A DNA stretch of 64,000 nucleotides from Acidimicrobiia bacterium. Its GTDB lineage: Bacteria > Actinomycetota > Acidimicrobiia > Spongiisociales > ZC4RG35. Location: assembly GCA_040902845.1 (NCBI GenBank), contig JBBDWM010000034.1:213642-277641 (forward strand), written 5' to 3'. The position numbers and the translations under genes are program-made. Positions 53,086-63,136 of this stretch are shown piece by piece; position 1 is the stretch's first letter, and each line of letters opens with the position of its first letter. Below the pieces are notes generated by a model. That model did not search any database. It was not told the origin of the DNA and was given only the letters and a program-made list of their open reading frames with translations.

Positions 53086-54908
53086 ACGGACTGAAGGGCA
53101 GGGGCCAGAGGAAGCTCCACCACGAAGGTGGCGCCTCCGCCTTCGGTTTCCTCGACTCGCACCGAACCCCGCATCACCTCGGTGAGGCTCTTAACGATCG
53201 ACAAACCCAGACCGGTGCCGCCCTTGGATCTCGTGTCCGACTGGTCCACCTGGGTGAATCGCTCGAATACCCGCTCTCGCTCGTGGTCGGGGATGCCCGG
53301 CCCGTGGTCGACGACCACGATGAGCGCCTTGGACCCGCGCTCCCATGCGAAGAGCTCGACCGGGCTTCCCACCGCGTACTTGGCGGCATTCTCCACGAGG
53401 TTGATCAGGATCCGGCTCAGGTGGTCGCGATCCGCCTCGACCGCCAGACCCTCGGGGTCGACGACAAAAGTGGGCTCGATGGAGACCACACGGTTCACCT
53501 CGTCGAATGCCTGACGCAGGCTGATCGCCTCGAGATGGACCGGGATGGCGCCACGGTCGATCCGGGACACGATGAGGAGGTCGTCGATCAGACGCTGCAG
53601 CCGGCCCGCCTGGCGACGGGCCGTGGACAGAAGGTGTTGGGCTGTGGGTTGCGTCGGCGCCAGTTCCGGGCGGTTCACCGTGTCCAGTGAGCCGATGATC
53701 GATGTGAGTGGTGTGCGCAGCTCATGACTGACAGTGGAGACGAAGTCGCTCTTCATCTGGGCCACCTCCTCGAGCCGTTTCGTCATATCGGCCTGCGCCT
53801 CGTAACGGCCGATTTGTGACAGCACCAGCCCGGCCGGGGCTGCCAGCGATCCGAGCTGCTCCAGTTGATCCTCGGTGAAGGTCCCGTCATAAGGGTCGCC
53901 CACGATGATGACCCCGACCCGCAGGCTCTCCACCTTCAACGGCGCCACCAACGCCTGTTTGAGACCCAGTTCCTTGAGCAGGATGTGATTGTCCGAGTCG
54001 TGATCCACTTCCCTCACGTAGAAGGGTTTTCCGGCCCGAAAGGTCTGGGTGACGATCCCGGCAGCTGCGACATCGAGGGTGATTGGATCGGACTCCAGCG
54101 GATAGCCGTTGACCCAAATCGGGCTCATGAGCTCGAGACGGTGTCGATCGGGGTCGTAGAGCAGGACCACACCGACTTGGGCATCGAGGTACTTGCAGAT
54201 GGTCCCGATCAGATGGGGCACGATCTCGGAGAGCGACTCGGCCCGGGCCAGGGTGGCACTGACTGCATAGAGACGTTCGAAGTCGAGTCTCTGCTGATCG
54301 ATCTGGACTTCCCGTTCGTTCGACCGCAGCGCCTCGCGCTCGAACTCGAGCCCGACGAGGGCGGTGGCTGCCGAGACGACTGCCACCGTCAAGACAGGTG
54401 CCAGGACGAGTTCGATCGCATCGGCCCCAGCCGTTTGTCCGATGCTGATTGCGATGAACGAGATGGCGCCGGCAATGAAGACCGTGACCAGGGCATGGGC
54501 CCACCATGTGAGGAGCAGTCCGGAGACCGCGGCGATCCCAAACAGGATCGGCTGGGCAGTGGCAGTCAGTTCGGGGATCACCGCGAGGGTGCTGATCCCC
54601 ACGATCAGGCCCATGAGCCACGCCGCGGCGATCCATGGCGCGGCCCAAGTGGCCATGAGCCGATCCCATCGCGCCGCGGTGGAAATGATGAGGAGGACCG
54701 AGAGCCCGGCCATCGGGATCCAGAAGCCGGGCTGGGAGAACACCTCTTGTCGCACGGCCTGGGCCGAGATGATGATCATCACCACCCACGCCACTGCAGA
54801 GGCGCGTCGCAACAGCGACGCCCGGAAGCGGGCCATCGCCTGATGGGTGGTGGGCTTCAGCTCTTCCATTTCACCGGTATGTAGAGGTTTCGACTGTATT
54901 CTCGGCAT
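53082..54908 (-). CDS. Sensor histidine kinase: multi-TM N-terminus + GAF + HisKA/HATPase
   Basis: H-box SHELRTPLTSI, N-box NLVENAAKY, G-boxes DHGPGI and GGTGLGLSIV. About 6 TM helices at the N-terminus. The central region has GAF-like length. Confidence 0.88.
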   Translation of the reverse strand: MPRIQSKPLHTGEMEELKPTTHQAMARFRASLLRRASAVAWVVMIIISAQAVRQEVFSQPGFWIPMAGLSVLLIISTAARWDRLMATWAAPWIAAAWLMGLIVGISTLAVIPELTATAQPILFGIAAVSGLLLTWWAHALVTVFIAGAISFIAISIGQTAGADAIELVLAPVLTVAVVSAATALVGLEFEREALRSNEREVQIDQQRLDFERLYAVSATLARAESLSEIVPHLIGTICKYLDAQVGVVLLYDPDRHRLELMSPIWVNGYPLESDPITLDVAAAGIVTQTFRAGKPFYVREVDHDSDNHILLKELGLKQALVAPLKVESLRVGVIIVGDPYDGTFTEDQLEQLGSLAAPAGLVLSQIGRYEAQADMTKRLEEVAQMKSDFVSTVSHELRTPLTSIIGSLDTVNRPELAPTQPTAQHLLSTARRQAGRLQRLIDDLLIVSRIDRGAIPVHLEAISLRQAFDEVNRVVSIEPTFVVDPEGLAVEADRDHLSRILINLVENAAKYAVGSPVELFAWERGSKALIVVVDHGPGIPDHERERVFERFTQVDQSDTRSKGGTGLGLSIVKSLTEVMRGSVRVEETEGGGATFVVELPLAPALQSV

Positions 54909-54936
54909 TTCTCCCGGACTGATCGAGGATTGAAAC

Positions 54937-55683
54937 TTGGCGTTGCGCGTATTCGCGAACGGGGAGCTGTTCGCTGATGCGACCGGCTCCGGTCCTCCCC
55001 GGGTGATTGCCCTTCATGGATGGGCCCGTCGGGGTAGCGATTTCAGGTCAACTCTTACCGATCTGGACGCCCTGGCCCCGGATTTGCCCGGTTTTGGCGC
55101 TTCTCCACCCCCGTCTGAGCCCTGGGGCGCCGAGGGTTACGCCCGTCTGATCAACGAGCTCCTCGATGTCTGCGACACCCCACCCGTGGTGGTAGGGCAC
55201 TCCTTCGGGGGGAGGATCGCAGTCTGTCTCGCCGCTCTCTATCCCGAGCGGGTCGGTTCTCTGGTCCTCACCGGGGCGCCGTTGATCCGGAACACGCCGT
55301 CCCGGCCCCCGACGTGGCGTTACCGCATGATCCGGGGCCTCAATCGGGTGGGGGTGGTGTCTGACGGTCGGTTGGAAGCGATTCGACGACAGACCGGGTC
55401 GGCCGACTACCGGGCAGCCTCCGGGGTGATGCGGGACATCCTGGTGCGGGTGGTCAACGAGAGCTACGAGTCACAACTCCGGGCGCTGACCGCACCGGTG
55501 AGCCTGATCTGGGGTGCGGCCGACCGCGAGGTACCGGTGAGCATTGCCCGGGCGGTGGCGGAGGTGATCAAGGCGGAGGGTCGGGAGGTCGAACTCGAGA
55601 TCCTCGAGGGGATAGGGCACCACGTCCCGGTTGAGGCGCCCGACGCATTGCGGGGCGCGATCGAGCGGGCACTCGCCCGATGA
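54937..55683 (+). CDS. Alpha/beta-fold hydrolase
   Basis: HGW..., nucleophile elbow GHSFGG, C-terminal GIGHHVP. Stop overlaps the next start (ATGA). Confidence 0.8.
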   Translation: MALRVFANGELFADATGSGPPRVIALHGWARRGSDFRSTLTDLDALAPDLPGFGASPPPSEPWGAEGYARLINELLDVCDTPPVVVGHSFGGRIAVCLAALYPERVGSLVLTGAPLIRNTPSRPPTWRYRMIRGLNRVGVVSDGRLEAIRRQTGSADYRAASGVMRDILVRVVNESYESQLRALTAPVSLIWGAADREVPVSIARAVAEVIKAEGREVELEILEGIGHHVPVEAPDALRGAIERALAR

Positions 55684-57173
55684 CCTGGGCACTGGTCGCT
55701 GCCTGTGTCGTGGCCACCATCCCCGCAGGTCTTCGCTGGTTGCGGGTGGCCCAACGAGAGCACTATCTGGCTCCGTCGGTGACACGGTTCGCCTGGCGCT
55801 GGTGGGGAAGCAGTTGGCTCAACTCCGCTCTGGTTGCTTTGGCCCTTCTGGGTGTCGTCGGGGCGATCTTCGATCCCTGGTATGGGTTTCTGGCCGCCGT
55901 CTCCCAGTTCGGGCCGGTCGGCCTCTCTCTCAGAGGAGTTACATCGCCTCTGGCCTGGACTGGCCGCCTTCGCCGTCTGGCCGTGGTCTCGGGGCTGGTG
56001 GTGATGCTTGTTTTTGTGGTCGGGGGTTTGACGAACGCCGCCTGGTTGGTGGCCCTCGGGGTGGTGGCGATTCCGGTCATAGTGGATCTGGCTTCGACAA
56101 TCCTGGGCCCGGTCGAGTTCCGACTCGGCGACAAATGGGTGACCAAGGCGGCCGGTCGATTGAGCTCCTCGGGGGCCAAAGTCGTTGCGATCACCGGTTC
56201 TTACGGCAAAACGACCACCAAGCAATACACCGCCCACCTACTTTCGGGCGCCTTCCGCACCGTCGCCAGTCCGGCGTCATTCAACAACCGCATGGGGCTG
56301 GCGCGGTCCATCAACGAGCACCTGGCTCCGGGCACCGAGGTGTTCGTGGCCGAAATGGGGACCTATGGGCCGGGGGAGATCGCAGCCCTCTGCGAGTGGG
56401 TCAAACCCGATGTCTCGGCGATCGTCGCCATCGGGCCCGTCCACCTGGAGCGCTTCAAGAGCGAGGAGAGGATCGTGACGGCCAAATCGGAAATCCTCGC
56501 AGGAGCCGCCGTGGGCGTGATCGGCATCGACCACCCCCTTCTCGCCGGGCTTGCCGAGAGCAGGGCCGGTGCGATGAGATTGATCACGGTGTCGACCGAA
56601 CGGCCCGACGCCACGATCCGGATCGCAGACGGCCATCTCCTCCTCGAGGGGCGAGAGTTCGCCCCTGTCCCCGACGGTGCTTTCGGTCTCAACCTCGGGG
56701 TGGCGGTCGGAATCTCACTTGCCCTCGGAATGAGACCCGACCAGATCATCGCGAGGCTCGACAACCTCCCCCGGCCGGAGCATCGTCAGACGGTGACGAC
56801 CTCCGAGAAGGGGTTCTCGGTCATCGATGACACCTACAACGCCAACCCGGCTGGGGCGAGGAATGGGCTGGAGGCATTGGTGGAGCTGGGGGCCGAAGGG
56901 CGCAAGGTCCTGGTCACCCCGGGCATGGTCGAGCTCGGGCCCCGGCAGTCATCGGAAAACCGGGAATTCGCCGCGGCCGCTTCGGGGGTTGTCGACGACA
57001 TCGTGGTGGTGGGCAAGACCAACCGATCTGCGTTGCTCGAAGGCTCTGGCACGGGGCCGGCTTCGGTTACCGTCGTGGCCTCTCGTGAGGCGGCAGTCGG
57101 CTGGGTCCGTGACAACCTCGGTCCCGGTGATGCGGTCCTCTACGAGAATGATCTTCCCGACCACTATCCCTGA
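55680..57173 (+). CDS. Mur-ligase-family protein (MurF-like central and C-terminal domains) with a ~150-aa N-terminal transmembrane region
   Basis: P-loop ITGSYGKTTTK at about residue 171, then MGTYGPGEI..., DDTYNANP. It is preceded by 4-5 hydrophobic helices instead of the usual soluble MurF N-domain. Confidence 0.75.
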   Translation: MTWALVAACVVATIPAGLRWLRVAQREHYLAPSVTRFAWRWWGSSWLNSALVALALLGVVGAIFDPWYGFLAAVSQFGPVGLSLRGVTSPLAWTGRLRRLAVVSGLVVMLVFVVGGLTNAAWLVALGVVAIPVIVDLASTILGPVEFRLGDKWVTKAAGRLSSSGAKVVAITGSYGKTTTKQYTAHLLSGAFRTVASPASFNNRMGLARSINEHLAPGTEVFVAEMGTYGPGEIAALCEWVKPDVSAIVAIGPVHLERFKSEERIVTAKSEILAGAAVGVIGIDHPLLAGLAESRAGAMRLITVSTERPDATIRIADGHLLLEGREFAPVPDGAFGLNLGVAVGISLALGMRPDQIIARLDNLPRPEHRQTVTTSEKGFSVIDDTYNANPAGARNGLEALVELGAEGRKVLVTPGMVELGPRQSSENREFAAAASGVVDDIVVVGKTNRSALLEGSGTGPASVTVVASREAAVGWVRDNLGPGDAVLYENDLPDHYP

Positions 57174-57182
57174 GGAACTGGA

Positions 57183-58259
57183 ATGGCCAAACCGGCAGTG
57201 ATCTTCGGAGGGCCCTCCGACGAGCACGACATCTCGATTCTCACCGGTCTCCAGGTGACCCGGGCTCTGAACGATGTCCACGCGGTCTACTGGTCGAAGA
57301 CCGGCGATTGGCATTTGGTGGACTGCGATCTCGAAGCCTCCGCCTTTGTGGACGGGGTTCCCCGGGGTTCCAGAGAGCTGAGCTTCGTGGCGGCACCAGC
57401 GCAGGGCTTGATCCTCAGGAAGCGGCCGCTCGACGTGAGCGCGGTGTTCATCGCCTGTCACGGTGGGCCCGGTGAGGACGGCACACTGCAAGGGATGCTC
57501 GATGTGGCCGGTCTCAGATACACAGGTACCGGGCAGGCCGCTTCGGCGTTGGGGATGGACAAGCTCGCCTTCGGGGCGGCGATGTCCGCTGCCGGCCTCC
57601 CGACCCTTCCCCGCGCCCTGGTCGCAACCGGTGATGAGAATGCTCCTGCATTCGACGGTCCCTACATCGCCAAACCCCGCTTTGGTGGGTCGTCGATCGG
57701 GATCGAAATCGCCGACGACTGGCCAACTGTTCTCGCCCTAAAGCGAAGCTCTTCCTATTTCGACCAGGGGGCGGTGATCGAGCCGTTTCTCGCCGGCAGT
57801 CGCGATCTCCAGGTCGCGGTGCGCACCTATCCCCAATGGCAGCTTTCTGCGATCGAAGCCCCCTCGCGGGCAGCCGAGGGCATCTATTCGTACGACCAGA
57901 AATACCTGGCATGGGGCGGGGAGGTGAGTGGGGGCCGAGAGCTTCCGGCAAACCTTGAGCCTGCTCTAGAGCAGGAGTTGAGGAGGCTCTCCGCCCGGGT
58001 CACCGAAGTCGCAGGGCTGAGGGGAATCACTCGGATCGATTATCTGGAGCACGACGGTGAGATCCTGGTGAACGAGGTCAACACCATCCCCGGCTCGATG
58101 GGTGCCTATCTGTGGATCGACCCGCCGTTGTCGAGAGAGGTGTTGTTCGCGGACATGGTGGCCGAGGCGGAGGCCGCTCCGGTGCGGGTTTTCTCGGTTG
58201 TGGGCAGCGACGGGACCGCCCTGCGCAGCGCGGGCACTATCGCGTCGAAACTCGGCTAG
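57183..58259 (+). CDS. ddl: D-alanine--D-alanine ligase family (ATP-grasp)
   Basis: FGG.S.EH.IS, HGGPGEDGTLQG, MDK, and EVNTIPG motifs. Confidence 0.88.
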   Translation: MAKPAVIFGGPSDEHDISILTGLQVTRALNDVHAVYWSKTGDWHLVDCDLEASAFVDGVPRGSRELSFVAAPAQGLILRKRPLDVSAVFIACHGGPGEDGTLQGMLDVAGLRYTGTGQAASALGMDKLAFGAAMSAAGLPTLPRALVATGDENAPAFDGPYIAKPRFGGSSIGIEIADDWPTVLALKRSSSYFDQGAVIEPFLAGSRDLQVAVRTYPQWQLSAIEAPSRAAEGIYSYDQKYLAWGGEVSGGRELPANLEPALEQELRRLSARVTEVAGLRGITRIDYLEHDGEILVNEVNTIPGSMGAYLWIDPPLSREVLFADMVAEAEAAPVRVFSVVGSDGTALRSAGTIASKLG

Positions 58260-58270
58260 CGGCCTCCTAC

Positions 58271-58300
58271 AAGAAGGACCGGCGAGCGCCGGTCCCTTCT
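58271..58300. terminator. Bidirectional hairpin between convergent ddl and the Lrp-like gene
   Basis: GGACCGGC (58276-58283) / GAGC loop / GCCGGTCC (58288-58295) is a perfect 8-bp GC-rich stem, flanked by AAGAA and CTTCT. Confidence 0.5.
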
Positions 58301-58319
58301 GAGTCGGTGCCGGCCTGGA

Positions 58320-58553
58320 TCAGAGATGTACTACGGGGCAGGTGAGGGTGCGGGTGATGCCCTCGATCGCCTGGATCTTGGCGACGACGAGTTTGCCGAG
58401 TGAGTCGACGTCGTCGGCGACCGCCTTGACGATCACGTCATAGGGACCGGTGACGTCGTCTGCCGACTCGACACCGATGATGGTTCGCACTTCCTCTGCA
58501 ACGAGGGCGGCCTTGCCGACCTCGGTCTGAATCAGGACAAAAGCCTGGACCAA
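58320..58553 (-). CDS. Stand-alone Lrp/AsnC ligand-binding (RAM) domain protein
   Basis: 77 aa. AFVLIQTEVGK...V...I.GV......TGPYD.I. matches the AsnC_trans_reg domain and has no HTH. TTG start is preceded by AGGAGG. Confidence 0.75.
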   Translation of the reverse strand: MVQAFVLIQTEVGKAALVAEEVRTIIGVESADDVTGPYDVIVKAVADDVDSLGKLVVAKIQAIEGITRTLTCPVVHL

Positions 58554-58745
58554 CTGAGCCTCCTACGGTCTTGGGGCGGCCGAGCCTACACGTGGCTTCT
58601 GTGGGGCGCGGGTGGTGTTGGCCCCGAGCAGGCCGATCAAGCCAAGTAGCGCACTGTCAGCCCAAGCGAGTTGACTTTCGGCCCTATGTTCCGTTTACGG
58701 ACAGGATAAGGATCGAGTCATGGACGAGGCATCGCAGTGGGTGGC

Positions 58746-59657
58746 ATGACAGCCGCGATCGATGTCCGGCATCTCGTGAAGCGATACGGCAATTTCACCG
58801 CGGTCCGGGACATCTCCTTCTCTGTCGAGGAGGGGGAGATATTCGGGATACTCGGTCCCAATGGCTCGGGGAAGACCACGACGGTGGAGAGCCTGCAGGG
58901 CTTGAGAAGGATCGATGGGGGCTCGGTTTCGGTGCTCGGCTTCGATCCGTCGACGCAGGCCGACGAGATTCGTCGCCGGGTCGGATCCCAATTACAGGAG
59001 TCGGCGCTTCCGGATCGGGTCAAGGTGTGGGAGGCACTGGACCTTTTTGGCTCCATCAGCGATCAAGGCCCATCGTGGAGCGATCTCCTCGCCGATTGGG
59101 GTCTTATTCACAAGAAGGACGCTCGATTCGGAAATCTCTCCGGTGGTGAGCAGCAGCGGCTGTTTGTCGCCCTGTCGTTGGTCAACGATCCACGACTCGT
59201 GTTCCTCGACGAGATGACCACCGGGCTCGACCCCTCTTCCCGTCGAGTCGCCTGGGATCTGATCCGTCGAATCCGGGAACGAGGCACCACTGTTGTCTTG
59301 GTGACTCATTTCATGGATGAGGCGGAGACGCTGTGTGATCGACTCATGGTCGTCAACAACGGTTTGGTCGTTGCCGGGGGCACTCCTTCCGACCTGATAG
59401 ATCGATTCGGCGGTGGAGCCAGGGTCAGGTTCACCCTCGACGGACAGGATGCCGGGTGGCTGTCATCGGTCCCTCACGTCACCGATTGGCAGCATGAGCG
59501 CAACCGGTACGAAGTGCGAGGAGAGGGCCCGGTTCTCACCTATGTGGCGGCTGCATTGCTCGACCACGGTCTTGCCCCACTCGACCTCCGTGAGGAGCGG
59601 GCGACCCTCGAAGACGTCTTCCTGACGCTCACCTCGGGGGAGGAGGCCGAGTCGTGA
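58746..59657 (+). CDS. ABC transporter ATP-binding protein (ABC-2 type)
   Basis: GPNGSGKTT, LSGGEQQRL, and VFLDEMTTGLD. The ATG 58746 or GTG 58737 start is unresolved. Confidence 0.9.
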   Translation: MTAAIDVRHLVKRYGNFTAVRDISFSVEEGEIFGILGPNGSGKTTTVESLQGLRRIDGGSVSVLGFDPSTQADEIRRRVGSQLQESALPDRVKVWEALDLFGSISDQGPSWSDLLADWGLIHKKDARFGNLSGGEQQRLFVALSLVNDPRLVFLDEMTTGLDPSSRRVAWDLIRRIRERGTTVVLVTHFMDEAETLCDRLMVVNNGLVVAGGTPSDLIDRFGGGARVRFTLDGQDAGWLSSVPHVTDWQHERNRYEVRGEGPVLTYVAAALLDHGLAPLDLREERATLEDVFLTLTSGEEAES

Positions 59658-60391
59658 GGATGCTGGGCAAGATGACGTGGCTCGAGTTGAAGCTCTTTTT
59701 ACGGGAGCCACTGACCGTCGTCTTCGCATTTGTCCTTCCCTTGACCGTGCTCTTTGTCATGGGTGGCGTCTTCGGCAACGTGGCTGAGGAAGGCTTCTAC
59801 CGGGGGGTGGGGGCGATGGACTACTACGTTCCCGCCTACATCGCTCTGGTGGCGGCCTCGGTGGGGCTGATCACCCTCCCCACCCAGTTGGCCAGCAACC
59901 GGGAGCGGGGTGTCCTCAAGCGCTACCGGGCTTCGTCCATGCCTGCGTGGGCGGTCATCGGGTCTCAGGTTGGGGTGACGTTCCTGATCTCCGCGGTCAG
60001 CGCCCTGATCTTGGTCCTGGCGGCCATACCCGTTTACGACGTCACCGGCCCCACCTCGACCCTGACCGTGCTGGCGGGCTTTGCTGTAGCCGCGCTGGCC
60101 TTCTCGTCCATCGGCGTCCTGCTCGGTGCCCTCCTCCCCTCATCCCGTTCCGCCCAGGCGCTGGGTGTGCTGCTGTGGTTCGTGATGCTCATGGTCGGGG
60201 GCGCCGGCCCGCCCCCCGAGGTGCTGACCGGCGCGATGAACACGGTCGGTGAGTTCACCCCGCTGCATTATGCGATCCGTGCCTTGCAGGATGGGTGGCT
60301 CGGGCTGGACGCCGGCTACTCCTGGTTGATCGTCGCCGCGCTGACGTTGGTCTGTGGCGCGGCAGCGGTGCGTTTCTTCCGTTGGGAGTAG
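59654..60391 (+). CDS. ABC-2 type transporter permease
   Basis: 245 aa with six hydrophobic helices. GTG overlaps the ATPase stop (GTGA). Confidence 0.8.
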   Translation: MRMLGKMTWLELKLFLREPLTVVFAFVLPLTVLFVMGGVFGNVAEEGFYRGVGAMDYYVPAYIALVAASVGLITLPTQLASNRERGVLKRYRASSMPAWAVIGSQVGVTFLISAVSALILVLAAIPVYDVTGPTSTLTVLAGFAVAALAFSSIGVLLGALLPSSRSAQALGVLLWFVMLMVGGAGPPPEVLTGAMNTVGEFTPLHYAIRALQDGWLGLDAGYSWLIVAALTLVCGAAAVRFFRWE

Positions 60392-60403
60392 GCGCCTGGT
60401 GCG

Positions 60404-60619
60404 CTAGTAGCCTTCTTGGCCAACCCGGACCGAGATGGCGTACTGGTTGCCGTCCTCTTCAACGGTGTCGAAGACGAGGCGTTGGCCCTGACGCAGGGAG
60501 CGAAAGATGGAGCCCCGGAGTGCGCCGGCCCGCAGGTAGACCTCAGAGCGGTCGTCGTCGCGGACGATGATTCCGGCACCGGTCACAGGGTCGTAGGTCT
60601 TGACCACACCCTGGAGCAT
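60404..60619 (-). CDS. Small cold-shock-domain-like (OB-fold) protein with degenerate RNP motifs
   Basis: 71 aa. MLQGVVKTYDPVTGAGIIVRDDD.SEVYL....L...FRSLRQGQRLVF follows Csp spacing but lacks KGFGFI. Starts 2 nt after the rpmB stop. Confidence 0.55.
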   Translation of the reverse strand: MLQGVVKTYDPVTGAGIIVRDDDRSEVYLRAGALRGSIFRSLRQGQRLVFDTVEEDGNQYAISVRVGQEGY

Positions 60620-60621
60620 GC

Positions 60622-60810
60622 TCAGGCCTTTTCCACCTTGCCGGCACGGATGCAGGAGGTGCAGACCCGCGCCCGTCGGGTGTTGGACCCGTGACGGACC
60701 CTGACCCGCTGGATGTTGGGTAGCCAGCGACGATTGTTGCGTTTGTGGGAGAAGCTGACGGATTTCCCGTAGCTCGGCTCCTTGCCACAGATCTCGCAGC
60801 GATAGGACAT
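60622..60810 (-). CDS. rpmB: 50S ribosomal protein L28
   Basis: [38 protein letters not shown]... (62 aa). ATG at 60810, internal to track ORF 60622-60939. Confidence 0.92.
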   Translation of the reverse strand: MSYRCEICGKEPSYGKSVSFSHKRNNRRWLPNIQRVRVRHGSNTRRARVCTSCIRAGKVEKA

Positions 60811-60917
60811 GACTGAAAACTCCTGGGACGGTCGGAAGGCAGACGGATCGGATGAACCGCCGCGACCGAGCGGCAGGATAGCGGCGATCCCGACCAAGTC
60901 CCACTCCGGTTGTACCG

Positions 60918-63119
60918 TTGCGACGTGGGGATCAGCCACTTCCAGGAGCCGCGGTGGCCACGCTGAGCCGGCTTGTCACGGTTCCCACCTCCGAGGTCAA
61001 GGACATCGGGTCCACGCGCCAGCACGCTCTGGCCGAGGTCGGCATTCGCAACGTCGCCGACCTGCTCCATCACATTCCTCGTCGCTATGTCGATCGGACC
61101 GAAACCGCCGAGATCGCGAAGGTCCCTATCGGATCCGAGGTGACAGTGGTAGGCGAGGTGAGATCGGTCAAGACCCGTCGGCCGAAACCGAAGTTGCTCA
61201 TCGCAGAGGTTCAGGTGGCCGACGAGACGGCCTCGATCAAGGCGGTCTGGTTCAACCTGAAGCACATCGACAAGACCATCAAAAAGGGAATGCAACTCTC
61301 GCTGTCCGGTGTGGTGGAGACATTCAATGGCTCGCTCCAGATGAAGACCCCTGCCTACGACATCCTCAATGACTCATCTGAGACGCTGGTGACCGGTCGC
61401 TGGGTGCCGGTTCACCCTCAGATCGCAAAGATCAACCCCTGGGTGATACGCCGCGCCATCCGAAGTGCCCTGCAACGGTCGCAACCGATCCTGGACACGA
61501 TCCCAACCGAGTCGTTGGCACGACTCTCCCTGATTGGGCGGGAACAGGCCTACGCCCAGATTCACTTCCCCGAATCGATGGACCAGGTGATCCCGGCCCG
61601 GAACCGGCTGGCTTTCGATGAGTTTTATCGACTGGAGCTGGCATTGGCCATGCAAAAGAGACGACAAATGCTGGACTCGACCGGGATCGCTCATGAGCCA
61701 ACCGGAGAGCTTGTCGATCGGTTCCTCAACGGTCTCCCGTTCGAGCTCACCTCTGACCAAAGTCGGGTGTTGGGGCAGATCTCGACCGACCTTCGACTCG
61801 ACTATCCGATGCACCGGCTGTTGCAGGGCGAGGTCGGGTCTGGCAAAACCGTGGTCGCGGTGGCCACGCTTCTCCAAGGCGTCGAAGGCGGGTGGCAGGG
61901 AGCGATCATGGCGCCCACCGAGGTGCTTGCCGGACAGCATTATCAGGGGGTCACCGCACTGTTGGCCCAGGCCGGGCTCTCCCCGGACCCTCTCGGGCCC
62001 CTCTCGGATCTGGGAATGGCCAGCCTGTTCGCCTCGGACGGCCCGGCGGTCCACATGGCGCTTCTCACAGGATCGACGGCCAAGGCGAACTATCGGGATG
62101 ACATCACCCGCGATCGCCTGCTCGAGGACATAGCCAGCGGCCAGGTCGACGTGCTGGTCGGCACCCATGCCCTGATCCAGGAGGGGGTCCATTTCGCAAA
62201 ACTTGGTGTCGCGGTCGTCGACGAGCAGCACCGATTCGGTGTCGCTCAGAGGGTCCTCCTCAAGGAGAAGGCCGACTCCGTGGACCCGGATCTGTTGATC
62301 ATGACCGCCACACCGATTCCCCGAACCCTCGCGATGACCATCTACGGGGACCTCGACATGTCGATCATCCGAGAGATGCCGCCGGGGCGCACCCCTGTCA
62401 AGACGACCCTCCTCGCGCCATCGGAGGAAATCGCGGCATGGCAGACGATCCGCGCTTCGGTGGAGGAGGGGCGACAGGCCTTCGTGGTTTGCCCCCTTGT
62501 CGAAGACAGCCCCAAGGTGGAGGCGGCGTCGGCAGTTGCGGAGTTTCAGCGGTTGTCGGCGCTGATGCCGGAGCTCCGGGTCGGCCTCATCCACGGCCAG
62601 CTTCGATCGGTGGAGAAAGACGAGGTGATGGCCGACTTTCGGGCCGGTGAAATCGACGTCTTGGTCGCGACGACAGTGATCGAAGTGGGGATCGACGTGC
62701 CAAATGCCACGGTGATGGTGATCGAGGACGCCGACCGGTTCGGGTTGAGCCAACTCCACCAGCTCCGAGGCCGGGTGGGGCGTGGCCTTCATCCCGGGGT
62801 GTGCATCCTCCTCGCCAACCCGATCACCGAGGAGGCAGAACAGCGCCTCGCTGCCGTGGCCTCGACCACCGACGGGTTTGTGCTTGCCGAGGAGGACCTC
62901 CGGATCAGGGGGCAGGGGACTGTGCTCGGGGCTCGTCAGTCGGGTATGGCCGATCTCCGGCTTGCCGACCTCGTGAGAGACATAGATCTGCTGATGGCAG
63001 CCCGCCATGACGCTTTCGAGCTGGTCGATCGCGACCCCGAGTTGAGCGATCATCCCGAGCTGGCCCAGGAGGTCAGATCGATGCTTGGCGACGCCGTGGA
63101 GTGGCTGTTCCATAGCTGA
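60918..63119 (+). CDS. recG: ATP-dependent DNA helicase RecG
   Basis: [10 protein letters not shown] wedge region, [15 protein letters not shown], and [12 protein letters not shown]. The start (TTG 60918 vs GTG about 60954) is uncertain. Confidence 0.93.
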   Translation: MRRGDQPLPGAAVATLSRLVTVPTSEVKDIGSTRQHALAEVGIRNVADLLHHIPRRYVDRTETAEIAKVPIGSEVTVVGEVRSVKTRRPKPKLLIAEVQVADETASIKAVWFNLKHIDKTIKKGMQLSLSGVVETFNGSLQMKTPAYDILNDSSETLVTGRWVPVHPQIAKINPWVIRRAIRSALQRSQPILDTIPTESLARLSLIGREQAYAQIHFPESMDQVIPARNRLAFDEFYRLELALAMQKRRQMLDSTGIAHEPTGELVDRFLNGLPFELTSDQSRVLGQISTDLRLDYPMHRLLQGEVGSGKTVVAVATLLQGVEGGWQGAIMAPTEVLAGQHYQGVTALLAQAGLSPDPLGPLSDLGMASLFASDGPAVHMALLTGSTAKANYRDDITRDRLLEDIASGQVDVLVGTHALIQEGVHFAKLGVAVVDEQHRFGVAQRVLLKEKADSVDPDLLIMTATPIPRTLAMTIYGDLDMSIIREMPPGRTPVKTTLLAPSEEIAAWQTIRASVEEGRQAFVVCPLVEDSPKVEAASAVAEFQRLSALMPELRVGLIHGQLRSVEKDEVMADFRAGEIDVLVATTVIEVGIDVPNATVMVIEDADRFGLSQLHQLRGRVGRGLHPGVCILLANPITEEAEQRLAAVASTTDGFVLAEEDLRIRGQGTVLGARQSGMADLRLADLVRDIDLLMAARHDAFELVDRDPELSDHPELAQEVRSMLGDAVEWLFHS

Positions 63120-63136
63120 GGGTTAGCGTCCAGCTG

